A DNA stretch of 64,000 nt, from assembly GCA_965204755.1 (NCBI GenBank), contig OZ242011.1, forward strand, positions 576,001 to 640,000, read 5' to 3'. Shown one piece after another: positions 28,808 to 42,859 of this stretch; position 1 is the first letter of the stretch; every line of letters starts with the position of its first letter. The DNA comes from Candidatus Marinacidobacterium sp. Lineage in GTDB: Bacteria > Acidobacteriota > Vicinamibacteria > Marinacidobacterales > Marinacidobacteraceae. Position numbers and translations under genes: made by a program. The notes under the pieces were generated by a model that had not been told where the DNA came from, did not search any database, and worked only from the letters and a program-made list of their open reading frames with translations.

Positions 28808-29653
28808 CTATCCGGCGTAGCGATCCCGCACAAAGTCGAACGCCCCTGTCAGTTCGTCCGGCATGGCGCCGGCGTCGTGTTTCCAGAAAGGGAGACCGAG
28901 AAGGGCGTAGTTGCTGGGGTGCGTCGTGATGAGGAACCACACCGGTCGTCCTCCGATTTCTCCTTTGGCGACATCCGAGAGGCGGTTCCTCTCGGGTGGC
29001 TTGTGCCCAACAGCCCAAGTCGGAAGTGTCTTGGAGGCCCATCGCTTGACGATCTTGCAGCCGAACGCCGTGCAGACGCCCAGAGGATGACCCTTTCCCT
29101 GGGCGATCACGATGTCAGGCTCGAAGGCGAGGAGCATCTTCTGGAGCTGTTTCCGACAGCGCCCCTTCATCGTCTCGCTCACATTCGAGACCATCAACTC
29201 ACCCTTCGGCCCCCGCTTCGCCGGCGGCCCACAGAAGACGGCGTTCACCAAGGCGAACTGCCGACATCGGTCGTCCGGACTCGTGCCGTCCTCCACCAAG
29301 TACTCCAATTCCGCATCCACGCCCCCCATGTGCGGGTTGCCGCGGTAACGGGCACCTTCCCTCCACTCCGTTTGTGTACGGAAGTACTCCAGAGAGTTGC
29401 CCCCACCCTTGCCCGGTCGGTCCATGCCCACGAAGAGCACCCGCGCCGGCTTGCCGCCGACCGATGCGCTCCCGTAGTGGCTCCCGACATACGCCCAGTC
29501 ACCCTTGCGGCCCTCCGAGAGAGCAGGCTCCACACTCCGATTGCAGTCGTCGAAGTACTCGCAGCAGAAGGCGCCTTCCTCGGCACCGATCCCCAACTTG
29601 TTCTGCAAGAGGTAGATCTTCTCTTGCCACTCTGTCCTCTTCCGTTCGGTCAT
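28808..29653 (-). CDS. Uracil-DNA glycosylase superfamily-like protein
   Basis: RVLFVGMDRP, LVNAVFC, EPDIVIAQGK and TTHPS follow UDG-fold motif order; visibly lower GC than neighbours. Confidence 0.6.
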   Translation of the reverse strand: MTERKRTEWQEKIYLLQNKLGIGAEEGAFCCEYFDDCNRSVEPALSEGRKGDWAYVGSHYGSASVGGKPARVLFVGMDRPGKGGGNSLEYFRTQTEWREGARYRGNPHMGGVDAELEYLVEDGTSPDDRCRQFALVNAVFCGPPAKRGPKGELMVSNVSETMKGRCRKQLQKMLLAFEPDIVIAQGKGHPLGVCTAFGCKIVKRWASKTLPTWAVGHKPPERNRLSDVAKGEIGGRPVWFLITTHPSNYALLGLPFWKHDAGAMPDELTGAFDFVRDRYAG

Positions 29654-29729
29654 GTGAGCCCTCCCCGCCGGTGCGGCGTGGGTTGCCGCGGCTCGGGCCG
29701 GGCGCCCCTCCGCGTTGGCGGGACCTATA

Positions 29730-30308
29730 TCACACTCCGCCGTCCCCCTTCAGGATCGTCGGGAGGGTGATGCGTTGCTGGCCCTGGTACTTGCCATGTT
29801 TGTCGCGGTAACTGGTTTCGCATTCCTCGTCGCTCTCGAAGAACAGGACCTGGGCGATTCCCTCGCCGGCGTAGATGCGGCACGGGAGGGGAGTGGTGTT
29901 CGAGATTTCGAGGGTGGCGTTGCCTTCCCACTCGGCGTCGAAGCCGGTCACATTGATGATGATGCCGCAGCGGGCGTAGGTGGACTTGCCGATGCAGATG
30001 CCGTACACATTGCGGGGCATCCGGAAGTTCTCGATCGTGTTCGAGAGCGCGAAGGAGTTGGGCGGGATGACGCAGACTTCCCCCTTGTAGTCCACGAAAC
30101 CGTTTTCGTCGAAGTTCTTCGGGTCCACGATGGTCGTATAGACATTCGTGAAGATCTTGAACTCGTCGGAGACGCGGATGTCGTAGCCGTAGGCCGAGAG
30201 GCCGTAGGAGATGACGCCTTCGCCGACCTGGCGGTCCACGAAGGGGTGGATCAGGCGGTGCTCCCTCGCCATCCGGCGGATCCAGCGGTCGGACTTGATG
30301 CCGGCCAT
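29730..30308 (-). CDS. dcd: dCTP deaminase
   Basis: [43 protein letters not shown]. Confidence 0.95.
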   Translation of the reverse strand: MAGIKSDRWIRRMAREHRLIHPFVDRQVGEGVISYGLSAYGYDIRVSDEFKIFTNVYTTIVDPKNFDENGFVDYKGEVCVIPPNSFALSNTIENFRMPRNVYGICIGKSTYARCGIIINVTGFDAEWEGNATLEISNTTPLPCRIYAGEGIAQVLFFESDEECETSYRDKHGKYQGQQRITLPTILKGDGGV

Positions 30309-30318
30309 GGACGGGGTC

Positions 30319-30729
30319 TCAGGCCAACTCGACGCCGGGGAAGAAGTAGCCGATCTCGAACGCCGCGGACTCGGGCGAATCCGAACCGTGGATGGCGTTC
30401 CGCTCGATGGAGGAGGCGAACCGGGCGCGGATCGTTCCCGGCGCCGCTTCCGCGGGATTCGTCGCGCCCATGAGTTCGCGGAGACCCGTAATCGCGTCGT
30501 CGCGTTCGAGCACCGCCGGGACCGCCGGGCCCGAGGACATGAACTCGCAGAGGCTCCCGTAGAAGGGGCGCTCGCGATGCACGGCGTAGAAGCCGCCCGC
30601 TTCCTCCCGGTCGAGGCGCACCAGCCGCATCGCCACGATGCGGAACCCGGCCTCCTCGACGGCGGCCAGGATGGCGCCGGTGTTTCCCGCCGCCACCGCG
30701 TCGGGTTTCACGATCGTCAGCGTTCGCAT
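30319..30729 (-). CDS. ndk: Nucleoside diphosphate kinase
   Basis: [28 protein letters not shown]. Confidence 0.96.
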   Translation of the reverse strand: MRTLTIVKPDAVAAGNTGAILAAVEEAGFRIVAMRLVRLDREEAGGFYAVHRERPFYGSLCEFMSSGPAVPAVLERDDAITGLRELMGATNPAEAAPGTIRARFASSIERNAIHGSDSPESAAFEIGYFFPGVELA

Positions 30730-30757
30730 GGCTCGACTCTTCCCTTTCCACGGGCCG

Positions 30758-31633
30758 TCAGCGGGCGGCGAGCGCGCGTTCCATGGCCGCGCCGAGGTCG
30801 GCGGGGCTTTCCACGACTTCCGCGCCGGCGGAGCGGAGCGCGTCCATCTTCGCGGCCGCCGTCCCCTGCCCGCCCATCACGATGGCGCCGGCGTGGCCCA
30901 TCCGGCGGCCGGGGGGCGCGGTCTGGCCGGCGATGAAACTCACCACCGGTTTCGGGAACTCGCGCCGGATGAACTCCGCCGCTTCTTCCTCCGCGCCGCC
31001 GCCGATCTCGCCGATCAGCACTACCGCCTCGGTGCCCTCGTCGGCGGCGAACAACCGCAGCACATCGAGGAAGGTCGTCCCGATGACCGGGTCGCCGCCG
31101 ATCCCGACGCAGGTGCTCTGCCCGATGCCGCGTTCGCTCAACTGGTGCACCGCCTCGTAGGTGAGCGTCCCGCTGCGCGAGACGACGCCCACCGCGCCTT
31201 CCCGGTGGATCGGCCCGGGCATGATGCCGACCTTGGCGCGGCCCGGCGAGATCACGCCGGGACAGTTCGGCCCGACCAGGCGGGTGGCGCCGCCTTCGAG
31301 ATAGCGCGCCACCCGCACCAGGTCCCGGGCCGGTATGCCTTCGGTGATCGCGACGACGAGTTCCAGGCCGCTCGCCGCGCACTCGGCGATGGCGTCGGCG
31401 GCGAACGGGGGCGGGACGAGCACCATCGAGGCATTCGCGCCGGTCTTCTCCGCGGCTTCGGCCACGGTGTCGAACACCGGGATGCCGTCCACTTCCGTTC
31501 CGCCCTTGCCCGGCGTCACGCCGGCGACGAGTTCGGTGCCGTAGTCCCGGCAGGCGCGGGCGTGGAATCCGCCCTCGCTCCCGGTGATTCCCTGGACGAG
31601 GAGCCGGGTCTCCCGGCCGACGAGGACGCTCAC
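30758..31633 (-). CDS. sucD: Succinate--CoA ligase alpha subunit
   Basis: [35 protein letters not shown]. Confidence 0.96.
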   Translation of the reverse strand: MSVLVGRETRLLVQGITGSEGGFHARACRDYGTELVAGVTPGKGGTEVDGIPVFDTVAEAAEKTGANASMVLVPPPFAADAIAECAASGLELVVAITEGIPARDLVRVARYLEGGATRLVGPNCPGVISPGRAKVGIMPGPIHREGAVGVVSRSGTLTYEAVHQLSERGIGQSTCVGIGGDPVIGTTFLDVLRLFAADEGTEAVVLIGEIGGGAEEEAAEFIRREFPKPVVSFIAGQTAPPGRRMGHAGAIVMGGQGTAAAKMDALRSAGAEVVESPADLGAAMERALAAR

Positions 31634-32796
31634 GCCGAAACCCCCAGTTTCGCCACGACCGCGTCCGCCGCGTCGCGCATACCGTCGGCGGTGGTGAAGT
31701 CGAGGCCCGACTCCTCGAGCATCTTGCGGGCGATCTCCACATTGGTGCCCTTCATGCGGATCACGATGGGGAGGCGGGTGTCCAGTTTGCGCACCGCGGC
31801 GATCAGTCCTTCCGCCAGCCGGTCGCATCGCAGGATGCCGCCGAAGATGTTGATGAGCACCGCCCGCACATCCTCGTCCTGCGTCAGGATGCGGAAGGCG
31901 TTCTCGATCTGTTCCGCGTTCGCGCCGCCGCCCACATCGAGGAAGTTCGCCGGGGAAGACCCCGCGAGTTTCACGATGTCCATGGTGGCCATCGCCAGCC
32001 CGGCGCCGTTCACCATGCAGCCCACCGCGCCGTCCAACTTGATGTAGTTCAGCCCGTAACGCCCGGCTTCCACTTCGAGCGGCGACTCCTCGTGGAAGTC
32101 GCGGAGTTCGGCCGCCTCCTGCTGGCGGAAGAGCGCGCTGTCGTCCACCGAGACCTTCGCGTCGAGCGCGACCACTTCCCCGCTCCCGGTGACCAGCATC
32201 GGGTTGATCTCCACCTGGCTCGCGTCGAGTCCGTCGAAGGCGCGGTAGAGGTCGAGCAGGAACGACGCGCCGCGCCGGAAGACGCCGCCTTCGAGGCCGA
32301 GGCCGAGAGCGAGGCGCCGCGCCTGGAACGGCTGCAACCCCATCGCCGGGTCCACGGTCTCGGTGAGGATCTTCTCCGGCGAGCGCTCGGCCACTTCCTC
32401 GATGTCCATGCCGCCGGAGGCGCTGGCGATCACGATCGGCCGGCCGCTCGACCGGTCCACCACGATGCTCGCGTACAACTCGCGCGCGATGTCCACGCCT
32501 TCCTCGACGAGGAGCGTCCGGACCACGCGGCCGTCCGGGCCGGTCTGCTTCGTGACGAGCGTGGCGCCGAGAAGCGCGTCGGCGGCTTCCCGGACTTCCG
32601 CCTCCGTCCGGCAGAGGCGGACGCCGCCGGCCTTCCCCCGGCCCCCGGCGTGGATCTGCGCCTTCACGACCGCGGGCAGGCCGAGTTCGCCGGCGGCGGC
32701 AACGGCTTCGTCCGCGCTCTCGGCCTTCCGCCCCTTCGGCGACGGGACGCCGAAGCCGCCGAGGAGCGACTTCGCCTGGTATTCGTGGAGATTCAA
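31630..32796 (-). CDS. sucC: Succinate--CoA ligase beta subunit
   Basis: [41 protein letters not shown]. Confidence 0.96.
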   Translation of the reverse strand: MNLHEYQAKSLLGGFGVPSPKGRKAESADEAVAAAGELGLPAVVKAQIHAGGRGKAGGVRLCRTEAEVREAADALLGATLVTKQTGPDGRVVRTLLVEEGVDIARELYASIVVDRSSGRPIVIASASGGMDIEEVAERSPEKILTETVDPAMGLQPFQARRLALGLGLEGGVFRRGASFLLDLYRAFDGLDASQVEINPMLVTGSGEVVALDAKVSVDDSALFRQQEAAELRDFHEESPLEVEAGRYGLNYIKLDGAVGCMVNGAGLAMATMDIVKLAGSSPANFLDVGGGANAEQIENAFRILTQDEDVRAVLINIFGGILRCDRLAEGLIAAVRKLDTRLPIVIRMKGTNVEIARKMLEESGLDFTTADGMRDAADAVVAKLGVSA

Positions 32797-32854
32797 GTCG
32801 GGAGATTCAAGTCGGAAGTTTCAAGTCGGAAGAGTCCGGCGGTCCGCGGCGAAC

Positions 32855-36777
<3,923 letters not shown>

Positions 36778-36900
36778 CCCGGGCCGCCGCCCCGCTCGGC
36801 CGCGCGTCCCTCCTGACTACACTCTTTCCCGGCGCCTCCGCCGGGGGGAACGGGATCGGGCTGCCCCGGCGGGCGCGGAAATTCGACGCGCGACCCTTCG

Positions 36901-38061
36901 ATGACCGACCCTTCGATGACCGGACCGGCCGGCTCCCCCCCGCGACGAACGCTGTGCGCCGCGCCGGTTCTGGGCGCCGCGCTCGCCGCCGCCGGCTGCG
37001 GAGGGACGGGCGCGAGTCCGGTCGCGGCTGACCGGGCCGGCGAAGTTCCGGCGAAGGCCGCCGCGCCGGTCCCCCACCCCGCCGACTGCGCGCAGGAGAC
37101 CGAAGCCCCCCAAGCCCCCGAAACCGCCGCGCGGCGGTTCCTCGAAGCGCTGACCCCGGCGCTGCGGGAGGCGGCGGTCTTCCCCTCCGGGGAACCCGCG
37201 CGCTCCCGGTGGTCCAACCTGCCGATCGGGATACTCGACTACAGCCCGAACGGCGCGCGGCTGGGCGACCTCGACGGGCCGCAGCGCGGCGCGCTCTTCC
37301 GGCTGCTGGCCTCGATGCTCAGCCCCCGGGGCTGCGCGGTCGCGCTCGGGGTGGTGAGCGCCGAGGGGACGCTCGCCGAGTCCCCCCGGGCGGCCCGCCT
37401 CGGATGGGGCGCCGACAACTACTACCTGGCGGTCTTCGGGCAACCGTCGGACGAAGCGCCGTGGGGCCTCCAGTTCGGGGGCCACCACCTCGCGGTCAAC
37501 CTCACCCGCGTCGCCGGGGAGACCTTCCTCTCCCCCACCTTCGTCGGCATCGAGCCGGCGGAGCACGAGCGGGAGGGACTGACGCTCGCCCCGCTGCGGC
37601 CCTTCGCGGAGGCCGGACTCGCGGTGGTCGCTTCGCTCGACGAGGCGGAGCGGGGAACGGCCCGCCTCCCCTCCCGTCCGGACGACATCCTGGCCGGCGC
37701 CGGACAGGACGGCGTCGCGCCGCCGTTCGCCGGCGCCTCCGCCCGGACCTGGAGCGACGACCGGCGGCAACGGCTGCTCGACGCCGCCCACCTGTGGGTC
37801 GGGATGCTGCCGGCGGCGGACGCCGAGGCGCGAATGGCGGAAATCCACGCCGACCTCGACGAGACCCGGTTCGCGTGGCAGGGCGACCCCGAAGGCGACG
37901 GCCCGATCTACTACCGCATCCACGGCCCGCGCCTGCTCGTCGAGTTCTCCACCCAGGGCGACCTCGGCGCCGACCGGGGCCACTACCACACGATCTACCG
38001 CGACCCGACGAACGAGTACGGCGCCTCCGCGGGCGGCCCGGCCGACGACGAAACCCGATGA
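36901..38061 (+). CDS. DUF3500 domain lipoprotein
   Basis: Lipobox AAGC; RWSNLP, WGLQFGGHHLAVN, YYRIHGP, HYHTIYRDPTNEYG. Confidence 0.82.
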   Translation: MTDPSMTGPAGSPPRRTLCAAPVLGAALAAAGCGGTGASPVAADRAGEVPAKAAAPVPHPADCAQETEAPQAPETAARRFLEALTPALREAAVFPSGEPARSRWSNLPIGILDYSPNGARLGDLDGPQRGALFRLLASMLSPRGCAVALGVVSAEGTLAESPRAARLGWGADNYYLAVFGQPSDEAPWGLQFGGHHLAVNLTRVAGETFLSPTFVGIEPAEHEREGLTLAPLRPFAEAGLAVVASLDEAERGTARLPSRPDDILAGAGQDGVAPPFAGASARTWSDDRRQRLLDAAHLWVGMLPAADAEARMAEIHADLDETRFAWQGDPEGDGPIYYRIHGPRLLVEFSTQGDLGADRGHYHTIYRDPTNEYGASAGGPADDETR

Positions 38062-38192
38062 GCGAACCCCGCCGCTACCTCTTCCAGGGCTGCTTCATGG
38101 AAGCCGCCGACAGCGTCGTCGGCTGCTTCGGCACCATCGTCTTCCTCATCTTCGCCATCTTCGCCTTCCAGTTCTGCTTCGGCAGTTGCTGA
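38058..38192 (+). CDS. Small 44-aa single-TM, Cys/Phe-rich protein
   Basis: ATGA overlap with upstream gene, host-like codon usage, hydrophobic helix. Confidence 0.55.
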   Translation: MSEPRRYLFQGCFMEAADSVVGCFGTIVFLIFAIFAFQFCFGSC

Positions 38193-38208
38193 CCCCGGAG
38201 GCCGCGCG

Positions 38209-39406
38209 GTGATCAAGCGGCTCCTCCTCCGCGACTATCGCAGCATCGCCGCTTGCGATGTCGCCCTCGGCCCGCTCACCTTCCTCGTGGGCCCGAACGG
38301 CGCGGGCAAGAGCAACTTCCTCGACGCGCTGCGATTCGTCGCGGAATCGCTCCGCTGCTCGATGGACGACGCGCTGCGCGACCGAGGGGGAATCCGCGAA
38401 GTCGGGCGGAAGTCGAGCAGCGGCCCGACGGGTTTCGGCATCCGCATCGAATTCGAACTCGCGCGATGTCGTGGACACTTCGCCGTCGCGGTCGCCGCGA
38501 AGACGGACGGCAGATACGAAATCGAGCGGGAGGAGTGCGCGGTGGTCGGGGCCGAGGGCCCGGAGCACAACTACCGGGTGGAGAACGGAATCGCCCGCTC
38601 GACCATGCTCTGCCCCCCGGCGGTCGCCGCCGGTCGGTTCTACCTTCTTCGGGCCGCCGGAGATGCGATCTTTCGCCCGGTGCACGAAGCCTTGTCGCGA
38701 ATGGGTTTCTACGATCCGGTCCCGGCGGCGATGCGACGAAGTCAGCCGCCGGCGCCGGAACGACTGCTGCGGCGAGACGGAAGCAACATTGCCGGCGTCC
38801 TGTTCCGAATCGAGGAACGGTCACCGGAGGACAAGCGGCGAATCGAGGAATACCTCGGTTTGGTCGTGGACGGCATCGTCGGCGTGGACCCGAAGCGGTT
38901 CGGCCCGCAAGAAGGGCTCGAGTTCCGCAAGCAGACCGACCGCGCCCGTCCTCCCCGACGATTCCACTCCGCGGGAATGTCCGACGGCACACTGCGAGCC
39001 TTGGGGGTATTCACGGCGCTCTTCCAAGGCGCCGGGGAGCCCGGGCGCCGGCCCCTCGTCGGGATCGAGGGACCGGAGACCACCCTCCACCCGTCGGCGG
39101 CGGGCGCACTTCTGGACGCCCTGCGTGAGGCCTCCGAGAGCGGCCAAGTCCTGGTCGCGACCCACGGCGTCGATCTCCTCGACGACAAGGACATCACCCC
39201 GGACGAACTCCTGGCCGTCGAGGCGCGGGCGGAGCGCTGTCGGGCCGATCGACGCAGCCGGCCGGGCGATGCTCCGGGACCGACTCGGCACGCCCGGGGA
39301 GTTGCTGCGAGTCGGACAAATCCGACCGGACCCCAAGATCTTCGGCCGGGCGTTTCGGCGGGCGGGACTCTTCGGCCGAACTCCCCCGTCCCGCGGAATC
39401 GCGTAG
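38209..39406 (+). pseudogene. AAA_21/AbiEii-like ABC ATPase, frameshifted near 39230
   Basis: GPNGAGKSN, MSDGT signature, Walker B altered (GIEGPE); plausible C-terminus VGPIDAAGRAMLRD..GELLR continues in another frame. Confidence 0.7.
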
Positions 39407-39440
39407 CGTCCCCCGTCGCCGGGCCGCGCCGGCGGCGGTC

Positions 39441-39968
39441 TTACAGGCCGGTGGCCGGCGGGGGGCCGTCGGAGGCGGCGCCTCGGGCGGCCATCCTCCG
39501 GTCGAGGAGGAGCAGGTCGCTGGCGCTGTCGCCGATCATGCGGAGTTGCGCCACGATTTCGGCGGCGGTCTTTTCTTCCTCGACCTGTTCGGTGATGAAC
39601 GCCTGGAGGTGCACCTGGGTCGGGTAGTCGCCTTCCTCCACCGCGAGGGCGTAGAGGGCGTGGATCAGGCGGCTCACCTGCCGCTCGTGGTCGAGGGTGC
39701 TCTGCATCACGCCGAGCGCGGAGTCGTAGTCGCTCTCCGGCTGTTTCACCGGAAGGAGCAGCGCCCGCCCTTCGCGTTCGAGGACGAAGTCGAACAGGTT
39801 CATGGCGTGCGCGTATTCCTCCTGGCTCTGGACGCGCAGCCAGTGGGCGAACCCGGGCAGGTCCACCGACTCGCACCAGGAGGACATGGCCAAGTAGAGG
39901 TACGAGGAATAGAACTCCTCGTTGATGTGCCGGTTCAGGGCGTCCTGGATGGTGGGGCTCAGGGTCAT
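39441..39968 (-). CDS. ftnA: Ferritin (non-heme, FtnA-like)
   Basis: INEEFYSSYLY, QSQEEYAHA, HERQV, EQVEEE ferroxidase ligands. Confidence 0.9.
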   Translation of the reverse strand: MTLSPTIQDALNRHINEEFYSSYLYLAMSSWCESVDLPGFAHWLRVQSQEEYAHAMNLFDFVLEREGRALLLPVKQPESDYDSALGVMQSTLDHERQVSRLIHALYALAVEEGDYPTQVHLQAFITEQVEEEKTAAEIVAQLRMIGDSASDLLLLDRRMAARGAASDGPPPATGL

Positions 39969-40026
39969 GGAGCGCGCCTCCTCGGTCGAAGCCGGAGCAG
40001 GGGTGGGGGACGGATCGCGCGAACGC

Positions 40027-40253
40027 TAACAGCCCGTGGAAAAAGCGCCCCGCCGTCCACTCCTCGACGCGAGGGCGCCAAGTCGGCAGTCGGTTTCGTG
40101 GCGGGGCGCTCTTCCCACGGGCCGGCGGCGCGAATCGCTGCGCGATTCCCCCCGCCATCTATCGCGGGGAGGGGGCCACCCCCTCCCCGCACCCCTCCCC
40201 GGTCGGCGCTTCGCGCCGACAGGCGCTCCCCGGACTTTTTCCTCGGTCTGCTA
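40027..40253. mobile_element. MITE-like element with imperfect terminal inverted repeats and internal hairpins
   Basis: Left end TAACAGCCCGTGGAAAAAG, right end (reverse complement) TAGCAGACCGAGGAAAAAG; relatives at 17899 and 61617. Confidence 0.7.
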
Positions 40254-40514
40254 ATTCATCCGCCGCCGGGGAGGCCGGCGCCGGGTCGGGCCGGAGGCGA
40301 TCGGGGGCCTTCGGTCCGCCGTCGGGTGACCGCCGGACTCCGCCGTCCCCGGTTCCATTCGTCTCCGTTTTCGGTCGCTTCCTCCGGGAACGCCCGCTCA
40401 CGCGGTGCGTAACGACCCTCTCCCGCCCTGACGCCGGGGGCGCCGGCGCGAAGCGGCGCCCCGCCTCCGTCGGTCGCTCCGCGGCTCCGGAGTAGCCTTC
40501 CGCCCGCCGCGCCC

Positions 40515-41285
40515 ATGCCCCGGATCACCGTCATCGCCGGACCGAACGGCGCCGGGAAGACCACCTTCGCCCGCGAATACCTTCCGCAGGAGGCGTCGTG
40601 GCCGACCTTCCTGAACGCGGATGTGATCGCCGCCGACCTGTGCCCGGAGGCGCCGGAACGCGCCGCGTTCGCCGCCGGTCGGCTCATGGTGCGGCGCCTC
40701 CGGGAATGCGCCCGGCGGGGCGGGGACTTCGCCCTCGAGACGACTCTCGCCGGCCGAACCTACGCCCGGCTGATTCCGGCGTGGCGGCGGCGGGGGTATC
40801 GAGTCGAACTCTGTTACCTCCGCCTCCCCCACGCCGATTTCGCCGTCGCCCGCGTGCGCCGGCGGGTCGCGCAGGGCGGTCACTCGGTGTCCGAAGCCGA
40901 CATTCGGCGCAGATTCGAACGCAGCGGAGGAAACTTCGACCGCGCGTATCGACCGCTCGTGGACTCTTGGGTCGAATACGACGCCTCGAAGAGCCCCGGG
41001 CGGCGCTTGCGCGCCGGCGGCGCGGGAATGACCGGGACGAAGGACGACGACCGGCGCCTCCGCGAGGAGTTCCCGTCCCTCGCCGGTATGGACGCGGCCA
41101 TGAAGCGGGCCGGGGAACGCGCGCTGCGCCTGGCCGCCGAAACGCCGGGCACGATCGTCGGGTGGAAGAACGGCCGCGTCGAAACCGTGCCGGTTCCCGA
41201 GGACGATCCCCTGTCCGCCGCCACGAATCCGGAGGCGTTCGGCCGGCCGCGGAGAGACGACGGCCCGCGCGCTTCGGAGGAATAG
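40515..41285 (+). CDS. Zeta-toxin-like P-loop kinase fused to its small partner protein
   Basis: AGPNGAGKTT, NADVIA, ETTLAG, RVAQGGH; in-frame ATG 41028 starts DAAMKRAGERA..IVGWKNGRV segment. Confidence 0.8.
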   Translation: MPRITVIAGPNGAGKTTFAREYLPQEASWPTFLNADVIAADLCPEAPERAAFAAGRLMVRRLRECARRGGDFALETTLAGRTYARLIPAWRRRGYRVELCYLRLPHADFAVARVRRRVAQGGHSVSEADIRRRFERSGGNFDRAYRPLVDSWVEYDASKSPGRRLRAGGAGMTGTKDDDRRLREEFPSLAGMDAAMKRAGERALRLAAETPGTIVGWKNGRVETVPVPEDDPLSAATNPEAFGRPRRDDGPRASEE

Positions 41286-41298
41286 GTCGCCCGGCGGG

Positions 41299-42633
41299 TC
41301 AGCCCGGCGCGGCCGAAGCGACTTCGCGTTCGAGGAACGCGGGGAGGCTCTCGAGGCCGTAGAGCGGGACGGAGACGACGCCCCCGTCCCGGCGAAACGG
41401 CCCGGCGTAGACGCGGACCGCGGCCGCCGGGCGGTACCGGGCCACGAACGAGTGGAGGCTGCGCAGGCGGCCGGTCTTGCCGGACTTCACCTCGACCGGA
41501 ACCACGCCGCCTCCGGCCGCCAGGAGGTAATCCACTTCCGCCGCGCTGCCCTTCTCCCGCCGCGCCCAGTAGAAGAGTTCCGGCCGACGGCGGGGCGACG
41601 CCGCGGCGAGGAGTTCCTGCCCGACGAACTGTTCGGCGACGGCGCCTCGGTTCACCTGCATCGGATCGCCCGCGAAGAGGGATTCGGCCGCGCCGAGAGC
41701 GTTCTGCATGAGGCCGACATCGAACAGGAGGAGTTTGAACCAGCGCTCGTCCGCGTTCGCCCCCAGCGGCAGGCCGGCGCCGCCGGTGGCGCGGACCCGG
41801 TGGACGACGCCGGCCTTCTCCAGCAGGCGCGCGGCTTCTCCGAGATCGCGCGCCCTCGCGTCGGGATTCGCCTGCGAGTACACGAACTTGCGCCCCGTCA
41901 TCCCGGGCGCCGCCGCGAACACGCGGTCGAGGTGCGCGTGACGGGACTGCCGGGCGTACTTGCGGAAGTCGTCGCGCATCGTCTCGACCAAACCGGTTTG
42001 GACCCGCATCGCCCGGACGGCGCTTCGAGTCTCGAGGTATTCCGCGACCACCGCCGGCATTCCGCCGAGGAGCAGGTAGGCGTGGAGCCGGGCCAGCAGG
42101 TGTTCATGCACGGCCGCCGCCTGCGCCGGTTCGAGATTCCGCGACGCGTCGAGCGCGGCGGACTCCCCGCCCGCGAGCAGGAACTCCGCGAAGGACAGCG
42201 GATGCAGGTAGAGCGACTCGACCCGTCCGACCGGCATCCGCAGCCCCTCGGCGTCGAGGGCGAACTCGAGGAGCGAGCCGGCCGCGACGACATGGAGGGC
42301 GGGCATCTGCTCGTGGAAGTAGCGGAGCGCCACGATCGCCCGGGGACAGTCCTGGATCTCGTCCAGGAAGAGCAGGGTCCGACCCGGTTCGACCGGGGTC
42401 CCGTGCAGGACGGCGATGCGGTCGAGGATCGCCGGCGGCTCGAGGGTGTCGAAGCAGGCCCGGTAGGCCGGGCGCTGCTCGAAGTCCACCACGACCGCCT
42501 CGGCGAACCGGCGCGCGGCCAGCGCCCGGACCGTCCAGGTCTTCCCCACCTGGCGGGGGCCGCGGACCAGCAGCGGCCGCCGCCGGTCGTCCCCGGCCCA
42601 CTCGTCGAGGGCGGTGTCCAGGAACCGTCGCAA
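41299..42633 (-). CDS. AAA_14 ATPase with DUF4143 domain
   Basis: GPRQVGKT, FLDEIQ, AAGSLL, PVGRV, GGMPAVV, AEVDY..PVEVKSG. Confidence 0.88.
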   Translation of the reverse strand: MRRFLDTALDEWAGDDRRRPLLVRGPRQVGKTWTVRALAARRFAEAVVVDFEQRPAYRACFDTLEPPAILDRIAVLHGTPVEPGRTLLFLDEIQDCPRAIVALRYFHEQMPALHVVAAGSLLEFALDAEGLRMPVGRVESLYLHPLSFAEFLLAGGESAALDASRNLEPAQAAAVHEHLLARLHAYLLLGGMPAVVAEYLETRSAVRAMRVQTGLVETMRDDFRKYARQSRHAHLDRVFAAAPGMTGRKFVYSQANPDARARDLGEAARLLEKAGVVHRVRATGGAGLPLGANADERWFKLLLFDVGLMQNALGAAESLFAGDPMQVNRGAVAEQFVGQELLAAASPRRRPELFYWARREKGSAAEVDYLLAAGGGVVPVEVKSGKTGRLRSLHSFVARYRPAAAVRVYAGPFRRDGGVVSVPLYGLESLPAFLEREVASAAPG

Positions 42634-42859
42634 CGGCGTGCTCTCGGGGGGCGGGACTCTCGGGTCGGAGCGGGAACGCTACCGGCTGGAATGGTTGAAA
42701 TCAAGGGCAAAAAACGCCAACTGTTGGCGAAAACAAAGGGCAAAAATAGCCAGTCTCGGGCGAAGAGCCCTCGATTCCACCCGAAGGCGCGGAGCGGCCG
42801 ACGGGCGGCCCCCTGCCCCTCCGGAGCGCCGGGCGCCGCCGGCGGAGCGGCGCAGCCGG

